Of a stretch of 64,000 bases of DNA, positions 50,490 through 60,832 are shown one piece after another. Made by a program: the position numbers and the translations under genes. The notes beneath the pieces are model-generated. The model did no database searches. It worked only from the letters and a program-made list of their open reading frames with translations, and was not told where the DNA came from. Within the stretch, counting starts at the first letter, position 1; each line of letters begins with the position of its first letter. This stretch comes from Promethearchaeota archaeon (GTDB lineage Archaea; Asgardarchaeota; Lokiarchaeia; Sigyniarchaeales; SOKP01), in contig JAHPZJ010000030.1 in the NCBI GenBank assembly GCA_019058245.1, positions 171,208 to 235,207 of the forward strand, read 5' to 3'.

Positions 50490-52898
50490 TTAAATAAAGC
50501 ATGACATATCTTTCTGAATAGACTTCTTATTATAATCAGGTGTCAGTAATTCCTCAAGTTCAGGAAACTCAAAAGGGAACATGTTTTCAAAAGCTCTTTT
50601 CAATAGTTCGACATATTTCTTTCTATCATATTCATGCTTTTTATCGTCGTAGAGATCTGAAAGGATAACTTTTTTTTCAGGAAAATTTGGATTAGCATCA
50701 GCGTTAAGAATTATATATCTCACATTTATTCCTGCAGATGCTACTACACCTGATCTTTCTAGTTGTCTGGCAGCAACAGCTTGGAAGCTATTTACTTTAT
50801 ATTGATTTGGACTTCGAGAGATTTTCTGCTTAATCGTTAACTCATCACGAGATACTTTCCCGGAGTACACTCTCTCCACATATTCGTAAAGTTTTTTTTT
50901 GGCTTTTGGAATCCTTTCAATAAACTGAGCAACAGTATGTGAACCTTGAAATATATTAATAAATGCATATTGTGCATCTTTCACTATTTTTGGCATATCT
51001 CTCCGCCTTACTTCGATGCCTCTCACCTTTATTTCACCATCACTTTTTATCCCCCAATAATGACTAAGGGCTGGAACATCTGGTTCTGCTCGGGAAGGTA
51101 GGAAAGTGATAACATTATATCTTCCCTCCCAATGCATAGGAATACTAGTACTATCAGATATTTCATTTGCAATTTCCTTTGTTATTTTCTCAAATTCTTC
51201 TGGAGTTCTTCCTTTTGTATCTTGAAGCCACATTGAATCAACAATTCCATGGATTACTTTACAACCATATTTTTTTGCAATCTCTGCCGATCTCAATAAA
51301 AACTCACGAGCAAAAGCACAAACTGTTTGATGTGCCTCAATCTTGCCAAAACGAGCATTCTTAAATCCTAAATATCCAAAGCTTACTACAAGCACCCACT
51401 TTAATGCAATATCCGTGAATTTGTATCGAAGATCATCATGTGTCTTGTTATATTCTTTGCACTCTAAACGTTTTTTCAACGGTAGGCTAATTGATTTTGA
51501 AATAATACCCTCACGTTTAGTACATATATGGAAATTGGTTCCTGGTACTTTAATTCCCGTACCATCATTTTTACAGCATTTACAGTTAATTGTCTCCGAA
51601 GAAATGTTAAAATTTGCCATTAATGAGGGATACATCGAAGAAAAATCTAATTCTACAACTTGATCAAAGACTCCGATTAATGGTTCAAATATATGACCTC
51701 CTCGATCATTTGTAATTAAATCCATACCACTTCGAAAACCTTCGGGGCTCTTCTTGAAAGGTGGGATAAGATGATCGAGTTTATATGCATTATAATATTG
51801 AATTGATTGCAAAGCACCCCCAATTGTTATTCTACATAATCTTTGCATTGGTACTCGAGACACTCTTGCAACTTCAATAACTCCAGGTATATTACCCTCA
51901 CTAAAATGTAGACTGCCATAGGTAGTAGTATCTAAATGAAAGCGTCCTGTAAAATAGACTTGTGTTTTAGAACGTCGCATTATTATTCCATATGACATAT
52001 AATGATCTGAATTTCCTGATAGATTAAAGATGCAGTTTTTTAGTGGTGTTTTTGTGCGAGAAAAATAGAGATCATTTGAAACTCGATTTACTGATGCTCG
52101 AGCAGCTAAGTAAGGAAATAAAAATTCATCTCCTCCATGTGTTAATATGATATCAGGATCCAATCGCTCAATTACCTTACTAATAGTCTTGATGGTTTCA
52201 GCTTCATCAGCTTTATCGATTAAAATCTTTTTTTTTCTCAACCCATCTGCTCTAGGGATGTTAGCATTTTCATCTTTTTCAATAATACTTACTTCTGCGT
52301 ATGCCAGAGGGTCGTTATAATATGATCTCATTCCGCGCTGCTCTATTTTAATATCAAGCCATATAGCTTTTAAAGGAGGTAACTCATAAAACAATTCTTC
52401 GTTGTTATCTTTTAACTCTAATGACTGTAGACGCATTGAGTAAAAGCCAGTTTTTTTATTATCCTCAAACTTGACCTTAAAATTGCAAAGAGACATTGGA
52501 AATAGATCATTTATGTAAAAATACATCTGAGAGATTGGAAGATCCGTGTTATACAAAGTAAACAAGTCAATCTTTTCGATTTCTTCGATTGTCTTCTTAA
52601 ATACAGATGGTTTTACTACAGAAACTCCAAAAATTTTTGTTTTTTCATGATCTTCGAGTTTCACATATTTTTCACAGATTCTAACAGACATCACATTGTC
52701 ATGTGATCTAAGAATTTGTTTGAATCTTTTGAAGTCTTTACCAACATGTTGTTTTGGAACTGCGAAAAATTCAGGATGAAAGTCATGGTAAATATTCACT
52801 ACCTTTTGCTCCTTTACGGTTTTCACCCAAAGAATGACTCCATTACTATGTGTGGTAACATCTAACAACCAACCATCAAATTGATCTTGGAAATTCAA
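50490..52898 (-). CDS. polB2: Family B DNA polymerase, PolB2-type
   Basis: Pol A 'LDFSSMYPS'; 'KWVLVVSFGYLG'; altered Pol C 'HGIVDS'; 'RGIEVRRRD'; degenerate exonuclease motifs. Confidence 0.88.
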   Translation of the reverse strand: MNFQDQFDGWLLDVTTHSNGVILWVKTVKEQKVVNIYHDFHPEFFAVPKQHVGKDFKRFKQILRSHDNVMSVRICEKYVKLEDHEKTKIFGVSVVKPSVFKKTIEEIEKIDLFTLYNTDLPISQMYFYINDLFPMSLCNFKVKFEDNKKTGFYSMRLQSLELKDNNEELFYELPPLKAIWLDIKIEQRGMRSYYNDPLAYAEVSIIEKDENANIPRADGLRKKKILIDKADEAETIKTISKVIERLDPDIILTHGGDEFLFPYLAARASVNRVSNDLYFSRTKTPLKNCIFNLSGNSDHYMSYGIIMRRSKTQVYFTGRFHLDTTTYGSLHFSEGNIPGVIEVARVSRVPMQRLCRITIGGALQSIQYYNAYKLDHLIPPFKKSPEGFRSGMDLITNDRGGHIFEPLIGVFDQVVELDFSSMYPSLMANFNISSETINCKCCKNDGTGIKVPGTNFHICTKREGIISKSISLPLKKRLECKEYNKTHDDLRYKFTDIALKWVLVVSFGYLGFKNARFGKIEAHQTVCAFAREFLLRSAEIAKKYGCKVIHGIVDSMWLQDTKGRTPEEFEKITKEIANEISDSTSIPMHWEGRYNVITFLPSRAEPDVPALSHYWGIKSDGEIKVRGIEVRRRDMPKIVKDAQYAFINIFQGSHTVAQFIERIPKAKKKLYEYVERVYSGKVSRDELTIKQKISRSPNQYKVNSFQAVAARQLERSGVVASAGINVRYIILNADANPNFPEKKVILSDLYDDKKHEYDRKKYVELLKRAFENMFPFEFPELEELLTPDYNKKSIQKDMSCFI

Positions 52899-52899
52899 C

Positions 52900-53172
52900 C
52901 TAATCTTTTCTTTTAATTATTTTTTCTAATTCTTTCACTTTTTCTTCTAATAGCTCGATTTTTTTTTCCTGTTCAATAGCAAAAGAGATAAATAAAACAT
53001 CTGACAACAGTGGACGTGCACTCATGCTGCCTGCATCTGCATGTATTCGAGCAAAATTCATCAATTTGTCGAATATCTTCTGTTCTTCTGGACGTAACGC
53101 TCTTTTGAAATCCTTCCAACTTTCAATTTCATGTTCTAAAGCAGGTCTAAAAGAAGGTACAGTTCTACCCAT
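52900..53172 (-). CDS. Small PolB2-associated protein (arCOG07300-like)
   Basis: 'MGRTVPSFR...W..FKRALR.E....FD.L...AR.H' directly upstream of polB2. Confidence 0.8.
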   Translation of the reverse strand: MGRTVPSFRPALEHEIESWKDFKRALRPEEQKIFDKLMNFARIHADAGSMSARPLLSDVLFISFAIEQEKKIELLEEKVKELEKIIKRKD

Positions 53173-53411
53173 TATTAATCATCCGATTCTATTAGAATCC
53201 CAGAGAATGAGTATTTCAGATAATTAAAAGGAGAATACATTGCAAATTTTCTAATTTCTGGGTGATATATTTTATTTTAGTATTTTCATTTCAAAAATAC
53301 AATCCTTAATAATTTATTTGATATATTTACCCTCCTACTAAAAAAAACAAAATTCAATCTTTAAATTTTAAAATAAAATTTTAAATTTACAGATGATCAT
53401 ACTAGTATATT

Positions 53412-54146
53412 ATGGTTGAACAAATTATATTACTAAATTTTATCGGTATGATTTTTGAGCTTTGTATCATTGTTTTGACTGTGGTTCTGTTAATACTCAT
53501 ATTAAAAAAGTATTTTATTAAACGTCATAAGCTAACTCGCCTACTATTTATAATTTTCACAGGTTACTTTGTTGCAATTATCTTTTCTTGGATTTCAAAA
53601 GTTCTTGTAGTTACACAAGTAAATATGGTACAAGATGGTTCAATAATTGCATATCTATACAATATAATTGTAGACTTTAGGTTAAGTGAATTCTTTGTAA
53701 CGATTGCCATTTTTTTATCTTATATATTAAAAGTAAATGTATTCGAAAAAGGATATAACACAATTCAAAAATATATCATAATAATTTACGGGATAATAGC
53801 AAGTATTTATGTCTTATTTATATATCAATATGACAATACATTTTTAGACATATTCGCATTTTTAATTGTTTTTATATATATGGTTATGGTATATGCCCCC
53901 TTTTTACGAAGATCAATAGAATCTTATCGAGGAGTGGATGAAAAACAATATAAACAGGCTTTTTTGTCATTAGCAATTATGTCATTAAGTTTTATGTTAA
54001 TATTTCTCAGTTTTGCAATCGACCGAGTATTAATTTTTTTAGGGAGTCCGGGTTTTACTGTATTTTATTTTCTAGCTTGGAGTTTTGTAATAGTAGGGAT
54101 ATTTTTTGCTTATAGAGGTTATGTTAAACCAAAATCTAGAGAATAG
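53412..54146 (+). CDS. Seven-TM membrane protein
   Basis: Seven hydrophobic segments counted by eye. Confidence 0.7.
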   Translation: MVEQIILLNFIGMIFELCIIVLTVVLLILILKKYFIKRHKLTRLLFIIFTGYFVAIIFSWISKVLVVTQVNMVQDGSIIAYLYNIIVDFRLSEFFVTIAIFLSYILKVNVFEKGYNTIQKYIIIIYGIIASIYVLFIYQYDNTFLDIFAFLIVFIYMVMVYAPFLRRSIESYRGVDEKQYKQAFLSLAIMSLSFMLIFLSFAIDRVLIFLGSPGFTVFYFLAWSFVIVGIFFAYRGYVKPKSRE

Positions 54147-54231
54147 TAATTTTAAATTTTTAAATTACTAAATATTAAATTAATTTGTTTTTATTATAAT
54201 AATTTGAATGTTAATTAGATTAGATTAAGCT

Positions 54232-54654
54232 GTGATTTCTGTGGAAAAAATAATACAAGATATTTGGATAATAAATGATGCTGGAGCTGTCCTATATCAG
54301 CGTGTTTTTGGTAAAGATCTAGAAGAACAATTAATTGGAGCTTTATTCTCAGCATTGAATCTTTTAGCAGAAGAGTTAGAAACAGGTGGCTTATCTAATT
54401 TTGAATTAAAAGATATAAAATATTTTATTATAAAAAAGCATGGGATATCTTTTATTGTTAATTCCTCGAAAAAGACTAAGGAAAAAAAAGTTAAAGAAGA
54501 GTTAAATAGAATTGTAAATAAGTTCTTTAATTTATATTCAAAAGAGATACTTAATAACTGGGATAATGATTTAAACTTGTTTGCTGGTTTCGAAAACCAC
54601 ATTAAAGATAGTTTACAAGACACTATAGATAAATTTGAAAAAGCTTTTTGGTAA
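54232..54654 (+). CDS. Longin/roadblock-like domain protein (Asgard ESP type)
   Basis: 'IWIINDAG.VLY', 'LIGALFSAL...AEEL', 'L..I...F...Y', 'W..D...F..F'. Confidence 0.7.
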   Translation: MISVEKIIQDIWIINDAGAVLYQRVFGKDLEEQLIGALFSALNLLAEELETGGLSNFELKDIKYFIIKKHGISFIVNSSKKTKEKKVKEELNRIVNKFFNLYSKEILNNWDNDLNLFAGFENHIKDSLQDTIDKFEKAFW

Positions 54655-54659
54655 TATAC

Positions 54660-55406
54660 CTAAAACCAGTAATCAATCGTCGTATTCTTCAAAGGAGCTT
54701 TTTTTTTAGGTTTGCGAGGTTTCCACTTTAATTCTCTATTTTCAGGCAAGTAAGGATGCTGAACAAGTGTATACTCTACATATCGTTCATTATCATTTAT
54801 CATTACTAGCACATTTCCAAAATGGGAGAGAATTTTTCCTCCCTTCGGTCTATAAAGAGAATTATCATGTAAAGGCGCCGTTATAATAATGAGGGGTTTT
54901 GTCTTCCAGAGTATTTGTTTAATTCCATCTATCATTCTCAGAAGATCTTCGAATGTCTGCTTTTCGTAGCCTTCAAACATGGTTGTAATCCCAGAAATCA
55001 ACACCACTTTGACATCTTCAAGTGTGGAAAGCTTATTTTCTAAAATTTCAACCATCTGGTCAAAAGTGAACGATCTGCTTATGAGAATGTTCTCTAACAC
55101 TTTCCGAGGAGATAAATTCTGTGAAACCGCAAACTTACTTATATTATAAGGATTAAAACGATTATTTCCATCAATGAAAGCGACTTTAATGCCCCCTCCA
55201 AAACCTCCATTGTTAAAAGCTTTTTGGGCAATAACTGCTGTTGTTAATAAAATATTGGTAGTTAGCTTCTTATCTCCATAGAGTAAATAAACTAGATCGC
55301 GATGAAATCCCCCTGAAAGCAAATTATCTAATGTGGTATCACCACTTGAAATGAGTTGAGAATGAGTGTTCCTCATAAGAACTTTGAGACCAGAATCAAA
55401 CGTCAT
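54660..55406 (-). CDS. Inactivated RadA/RecA-like ATPase (PolB2-associated)
   Basis: 'ISSG...LDNLLSGG'; broken Walker A 'YGDKKLT'; 'FIDGNNRFNPY', 'ISRSFT..Q', 'GGKILSH'. Confidence 0.8.
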   Translation of the reverse strand: MTFDSGLKVLMRNTHSQLISSGDTTLDNLLSGGFHRDLVYLLYGDKKLTTNILLTTAVIAQKAFNNGGFGGGIKVAFIDGNNRFNPYNISKFAVSQNLSPRKVLENILISRSFTFDQMVEILENKLSTLEDVKVVLISGITTMFEGYEKQTFEDLLRMIDGIKQILWKTKPLIIITAPLHDNSLYRPKGGKILSHFGNVLVMINDNERYVEYTLVQHPYLPENRELKWKPRKPKKKAPLKNTTIDYWF

Positions 55407-55744
55407 TATATGAAGTAACTATTCTTCAAAATAAAACAAAAATACACCGACAATTTTCTGAAATATGCACAATTTATCATCAGATTCAATTATCGTTTTG
55501 TAGTTTAGGAAAGAGTTTTCATTTAAAAGGAATATTGATTTATGGTCACAGAGAGGGGTGATTAAAAGTAAAAATAAAAAAAATAAATGAATTATTAAAT
55601 TTGTATGTCAATATACGCTTTATATTGAAACTTTTAGGCAATAGGCAAATTTTTATTTTTTATCTTTTTTATTTTAGTAATTCAAATATTTTTATAAATT
55701 CTAAAAAAATTTAGTTTTATAACAAAATTGGGTGAATTTAATAG

Positions 55745-57703
55745 ATGAATACTCTGGAACACATATTAAAACCAATTAAAGTTAGGTCTCTAGAGATTCC
55801 AAACCGCCTGGTAATGCCGCCCATGGGAACAGGGCTCGGAAATCTAGATAGCACAGTAAGTGACGCGAATATAGCCTACATGAAACGCAGGGCTAAGAGT
55901 GGAGCAGGTCTCATTATTACCGAGATTACGGAGGTACATCCCTTGGGATCGGTGAGTCCCGTCTGCCTGGGCGTGTGGGATGACAAGTTTATCCCGGGGC
56001 TAAGTAAGTTGGCTGCTGTGGTGCATGCAGAGGGGGGCAAGATAGCCATGCAACTCCATCACTGTGGTCGCGAGAGCTATTTGAAGACAAAGAACCATAC
56101 CGCAATTGGTCCGTCCGCTGTACCAAGCTATATTTATGGATTTTTGGGTAGTCCACGCGAGATGACTTTAGCAGAGATAAAGGAAACCATCATCTCCTTC
56201 GGTGCAGCAGCTAAACGCGCAGTAGCTGCTGGGTTTGATGCGGTCGAGCTCCATGGCGCGCATGGTTACCTTCTTATGCAATTTCTGTCAGCCCACTCTA
56301 ATAAACGTACCGACGAATATGGTGGAGACTTCAAAGCACGAGCCCGCTTCATGCTCGAGTGTTTGCGCGAGGTACGCAATCAGGTAGGCAATGACTTCCC
56401 GATCTCAATAAGGTTATCGGGCGAGGAATGTATCGTGGATGGATACACCATCAGTGATATCAAGACCATCATCCCGGACTTGGTCGATGCGGGTGCAGAC
56501 ATTATTCACGTGTCATTTAGTACCCACGCAAATTTTAAAGTAAGCACTGACACCCCGAATGCGAGTGCCCCGGTGGAATATGAGCAAGGATTCAAGGCAG
56601 AGCTTGCTTGTCAGATCAAGGAAGTTACCAAGGTTCCGGTTATTGCAGTCGGGCGTTTCACGGATCCCTATTTCATGGACAAAGTAATCGAGCGGGGGGA
56701 CGCAGATTTCATTGCTGTGGGGCGTCAGCATCTTGCAGATCCAGATTTTCTTAAGAACGCCCGGGAGGGGCATCCAGAAGACACTTTCGAATGTCTTGCC
56801 TGCAATCAGGGGTGTATTGAACGAGAAATATTAGAGCATAAATCTATCCGCTGTGCTATCAATCCGGAGACTGGTCAAGAAATGATATATCCTCAAAAAC
56901 GAGCCGACAAGAGTCGCACGGTATGGGTTGTGGGCGGAGGCCCAGCCGGTCTTATGGCAACATCTGAGGCTGCTCGATTGGGACATAAGGTCACCCTTTT
57001 CGAGCGGGAAAAAAATACCGGTGGGCAGATTCGATATGCCCAACAAGCACCTCATAAAGCGGTATACGGAAGGTGGATCAACACGCTAGCCCGACGATGT
57101 ATAAAAAATGGGGCGATCATTAAAACTGGAACTGAAGTTACTGAAAAGATGATTGAACAGAATAAACCAGAAGTCGTAATTCTAGCCACTGGCGCTGATA
57201 AGGCCGAATGTCCCGCAGAGGGGATCACGAACTCAATCGTATGCGATGCGTGGCAAATTTTAAATAGCGAAGTTAAACCGAGAAATCACGCCTTGGTCAT
57301 CGGTGGCGGTCTTGTCGGCATGGAAACTGCAGATTTCCTGTGCGAGAAAGGAATAGAGGACGTGACATTGGTCGAAATGCTAGCCAAACCACCAGTAATG
57401 CCTATTTCTGCTCATGGTACAATGTTATACCGACGATTGAATGCTGCAGGAGCAAAACTTATGTTCAATACCCAAGTCCAAAAGATCGAGGCTGCATCTG
57501 TCGTTATAAGTACTGATGGAAAAGAACACAGACTCGAACCCATCGACCAAGTGATAGTGGCAGTAGGAGTTACGCCGAGGAATGACCTTAAGGCGTTTCT
57601 CAAACAAAAGGGGATCCACCATTTCATTGTCGGAGATGCAAACGAACCCCGCCGTATTATTGAGGCTACGGAAGAAGGCGCAAAAGCAGCCTGGCAGATC
57701 TAA
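55745..57703 (+). CDS. NADH:flavin oxidoreductase (OYE/2,4-dienoyl-CoA reductase-like, FMN + 4Fe-4S + FAD)
   Basis: 'NRLVMPPM', 'HGAHGYL', 'N.RTDEYGG', 'CLACNQGC...C.INP', two GGG Rossmann motifs. Confidence 0.9.
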   Translation: MNTLEHILKPIKVRSLEIPNRLVMPPMGTGLGNLDSTVSDANIAYMKRRAKSGAGLIITEITEVHPLGSVSPVCLGVWDDKFIPGLSKLAAVVHAEGGKIAMQLHHCGRESYLKTKNHTAIGPSAVPSYIYGFLGSPREMTLAEIKETIISFGAAAKRAVAAGFDAVELHGAHGYLLMQFLSAHSNKRTDEYGGDFKARARFMLECLREVRNQVGNDFPISIRLSGEECIVDGYTISDIKTIIPDLVDAGADIIHVSFSTHANFKVSTDTPNASAPVEYEQGFKAELACQIKEVTKVPVIAVGRFTDPYFMDKVIERGDADFIAVGRQHLADPDFLKNAREGHPEDTFECLACNQGCIEREILEHKSIRCAINPETGQEMIYPQKRADKSRTVWVVGGGPAGLMATSEAARLGHKVTLFEREKNTGGQIRYAQQAPHKAVYGRWINTLARRCIKNGAIIKTGTEVTEKMIEQNKPEVVILATGADKAECPAEGITNSIVCDAWQILNSEVKPRNHALVIGGGLVGMETADFLCEKGIEDVTLVEMLAKPPVMPISAHGTMLYRRLNAAGAKLMFNTQVQKIEAASVVISTDGKEHRLEPIDQVIVAVGVTPRNDLKAFLKQKGIHHFIVGDANEPRRIIEATEEGAKAAWQI

Positions 57704-57835
57704 TCTATAGACTAAGGTTGAATCGTAACCTTGATCTTCATAAATATTTAATATTACATCTTAAAATTTTCCTTTTTTCATACCCTCAAATAAGCTTGTA
57801 AAAATTGAAATATATATCACTCAAATATGAATATA

Positions 57836-58306
57836 TCATAATTTAATAATGTCTATATTCGAGCTTTTTACTAAATCTGCTTTTACGATGTTTTCCATAT
57901 TATAACCTTCTTTGTAGATTAATCGCTTAATTTTTGCGTTGATAATTAATTTTAAACAACTCATACAAGGAAATGTTGTAGTATAAAGAGAAGTATTACC
58001 TTCAATTGCAGTTCCATGGAGTGCGGCTTGAATTATACAATTAATTTCAGCATGCACCCCTCTACAAAGTTCTGGTTTTTCACCAGGGTTAAGATGTTTT
58101 CGAACACATGTATCTGGTGTACAATGTGGTAATCCTGACGGAGCACCATTATATCCTGTTGACAAAATATGGTTGTCTTTAACTAGCACTGCCCCAACAT
58201 TCCTCTTTATACAGGTTGATCTCAATGCTACCACTTCAGCAATTTTCATAAAATAATTGTCTTTTGAAATTCTATGATTAGTAGATGAATTCAATTCTTT
58301 TATCAA
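57836..58306 (-). CDS. dCMP deaminase family protein
   Basis: 'RSTC..R.VGA', 'TGYNG', 'HAE.N', 'PCMSC'. Confidence 0.9.
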   Translation of the reverse strand: MIKELNSSTNHRISKDNYFMKIAEVVALRSTCIKRNVGAVLVKDNHILSTGYNGAPSGLPHCTPDTCVRKHLNPGEKPELCRGVHAEINCIIQAALHGTAIEGNTSLYTTTFPCMSCLKLIINAKIKRLIYKEGYNMENIVKADLVKSSNIDIIKL

Positions 58307-58800
58307 CTTTTTCTACTATTGATTTTTTTTAAAAATATTTCAGAATATATTAGTTAGAAAACTATTGTGATTGATTTATTTTATAAAATATGTTATTCTC
58401 TTATGATTTTAATGTATTAATGTTTGTGGATGAATTTGAAAAATCAAAATAACAAAAAGAAGATAACTGTATTTTTTACATTTATTATAAATTAGCTTGA
58501 AAAAAAGAATGTTATTTCATAACTGGATTCTTTAAAACTCTGGTATGCTATGGGATACTTAATAATATTCTCAATTAAGAATTAATCTTGCTAGAATTAT
58601 AAATTTTTGATCTAAATTGTGTGAAAGGATTGTTTTAAAAGAGAGAATGAAAAACAAAAGTTAATAATGATTATTTTTATTTATTGAATATAATATAATA
58701 ATAAAAAAAACTCAATTAAGTAAAATTCAATATTTTGGAAAACTAAACAAATTTATAATATTGAATAATTGCTTTAATATAGTGAAACAAATTAATTACA

Positions 58801-59364
58801 ATGGTGAATTGGCAGATTTCAGCTACTAAGTCGTTTATTTATAAAGTATGTGTTGTTGGTGATGGCGGAGTTGGAAAAACAAGCATGGTTTTAAGGTATT
58901 GTGAAAATAGTTTTAAAGAGAATTACATTATGACAATTGGTTCTAATTTTTCAACAAAACAAATAGAATTAGAAGATTATCCAAATTATCTTATTAAACT
59001 GCAGTTATGGGATCTTGCAGGACAAAAGCACTTTAGCTTTGTACGTCCTCCATTTTATCGTGGAGCTACTGCAATTGTATATGTCTTTGATCTTACACGA
59101 CGGAGCTCCTTTCAAAATATATTAGACTGGAAAGCTGAAGTAGAGAAAGTAATTGGTAATGATAAGCCATATTTACTTGTTGGAAACAAAATAGATTTAG
59201 CAGAACAGGGGAACCGAGAAGTTGGAGAACAAGATGGTGAAGCCTTAAAGGATGAAATAAAAGCAATCGCATATTACGAAACGAGTGCTAAGCAAGATGT
59301 AAAAATCGAACCTGTTTTTAAAGATATTACATTAGCTATTTTAAAAAAGACTAAAAAGATTTAG
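58801..59364 (+). CDS. Rab-like small GTPase
   Basis: G1 GDGGVGKT, G2 TIG, G3 WDLAGQ, G4 NKID, G5 TSAK; RabF-like KLQLW, FYRGA, VFDLT. Confidence 0.92.
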   Translation: MVNWQISATKSFIYKVCVVGDGGVGKTSMVLRYCENSFKENYIMTIGSNFSTKQIELEDYPNYLIKLQLWDLAGQKHFSFVRPPFYRGATAIVYVFDLTRRSSFQNILDWKAEVEKVIGNDKPYLLVGNKIDLAEQGNREVGEQDGEALKDEIKAIAYYETSAKQDVKIEPVFKDITLAILKKTKKI

Positions 59365-59482
59365 CTTTTTATTTGTTATAAACAATAAATTAAAATTTGG
59401 AAAAAAATTTCTTATAATTATCACATAATATCTTTCAAGTAATTTAGAAATTTAATTTAATTTATATAATAAGGTAATTTTT

Positions 59483-60202
59483 ATGTTTGGTGGAACTCAG
59501 CGCGCCTATGATCGTGCGCTTACAGTATTTAGCCCAGAAGGAAGGTTATACCAAGTAGAGTATGCTTTGGAGGCTGTTAGAAGAGGAACTCTTGCTTTAG
59601 CAGTAAAATCAAATGATGATGTATGTATTGCGGCTCAGATTAAAGTACCCTCAAAATTAATGGATGCTGATTCAATAGATAAAATATTTCAAGTTGATGA
59701 ACATATCGGAGTAGCTATTTCTGGTTTACATGCCGATTCTCGAGCACTAATCAATTACTCACGAGTTCAAGCTCAATCATTTAGATTAACCTATGATGAA
59801 CCTGTGAGACTCAATATGTTAGCTAAAGCTGTTGCTGATTTATGTCAAATGTATAGTCAATATGGGGGAATAAGACCTTTTGGTTGTGCGCTTTTTTTCA
59901 TAGCAATAGATGCGGGAGGCCCGCAAATTTATACTACTTCACCGAGTGGAATATATCGTTCATTTAAATCATATGCAATAGGGACTGGAGAAGCATCAGC
60001 AAGAGAATATCTTATTGAAAATTATAAAGAAGAAATGAGTTTTGAAGAGCTAATAAATTTTACTTTAAAAACACTTAAAGAATCAATTGATGAAGAGGCA
60101 ACTAAGGAGAATATCAGATTGGCATATATTAAGGATGCAGATAAACAGTTCCATATGTGTAATAAAGAAGAAGTGGAAGAATTTTTAAATAATTTAGCAT
60201 AA
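59483..60202 (+). CDS. psmA: Proteasome subunit alpha
   Basis: 'YDRALTVFSPEGRLYQVEYA', 'SGLHAD', 'RPFGCA'. Confidence 0.96.
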   Translation: MFGGTQRAYDRALTVFSPEGRLYQVEYALEAVRRGTLALAVKSNDDVCIAAQIKVPSKLMDADSIDKIFQVDEHIGVAISGLHADSRALINYSRVQAQSFRLTYDEPVRLNMLAKAVADLCQMYSQYGGIRPFGCALFFIAIDAGGPQIYTTSPSGIYRSFKSYAIGTGEASAREYLIENYKEEMSFEELINFTLKTLKESIDEEATKENIRLAYIKDADKQFHMCNKEEVEEFLNNLA

Positions 60203-60315
60203 ACTTTCTTTTTCTATTTGTTATAAAAGAATTTATTTTTTAAATCTATTATATAGATATTAATATAATATCTAGAATTTTTCATAAACAACGAAAAAAT
60301 AAATAGGCAATTAAA

Positions 60316-60708
60316 ATGGCTAAGAAGAAGATTAGAGAAGAATTCGATAAGTTATTTAAGAAGGGTGATGAAAAAGCAATCAAAAAGCTTTTAGATAAAA
60401 ATCCATGGCTTCTTGGCGAAGTTTCGCAAACTATGGATGCAGGAATGATAGAACAAAATCAAATAATTGCTGCACTTGGAGTAATGGAAGATGAACTTGG
60501 AGGTTCTGTACCAATTGATGAGATTTTATTTAGTTTAAGGGTAGATTTCAATATTCGTAAAAGTGAAGAAGATGTTCATGAGATATTAACTAGTGTTGAG
60601 AATTTGAATCTTGTAAAAAGAGATGCTAATGGTTGGAGTTTAACGAGTGAAGGAGGGAGAATATGTGATGATTATCTAAATAAAAATCTAGGAAAATTTG
60701 ATTTATAA
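60316..60708 (+). CDS. Hypothetical protein with C-terminal winged-helix-like domain
   Basis: 'L..V...NLV......WSLTSEG' wHTH wing pattern; N-terminal 'GD..AIKKLL..NP.LL' helical hairpin. Confidence 0.55.
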   Translation: MAKKKIREEFDKLFKKGDEKAIKKLLDKNPWLLGEVSQTMDAGMIEQNQIIAALGVMEDELGGSVPIDEILFSLRVDFNIRKSEEDVHEILTSVENLNLVKRDANGWSLTSEGGRICDDYLNKNLGKFDL

Positions 60709-60832
60709 TTGCTTAAATATTTATTTTCGTTATATAATTTTTAAATAGGAAAGGAAATAATTTAGAAAATTTGTATTGAGAATTTTGTTCAACAAGTTCA
60801 TTCTTAATTCTCCTTAAAAATAGATGAGATTT

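Noticed and set aside
2983-57627. Numerous short antisense or nested ORFs (e.g. 3973-4341, 10380-10874, 31716-32102, 40477-40962, 41185-41775, 54297-54623)
   Set aside because: These are shadows of well-supported genes, with no motifs or independent signals
58307-58800. ~490-bp intergenic region before the GTPase
   Set aside because: AT-rich divergent promoter region with no convincing ORF or stem found
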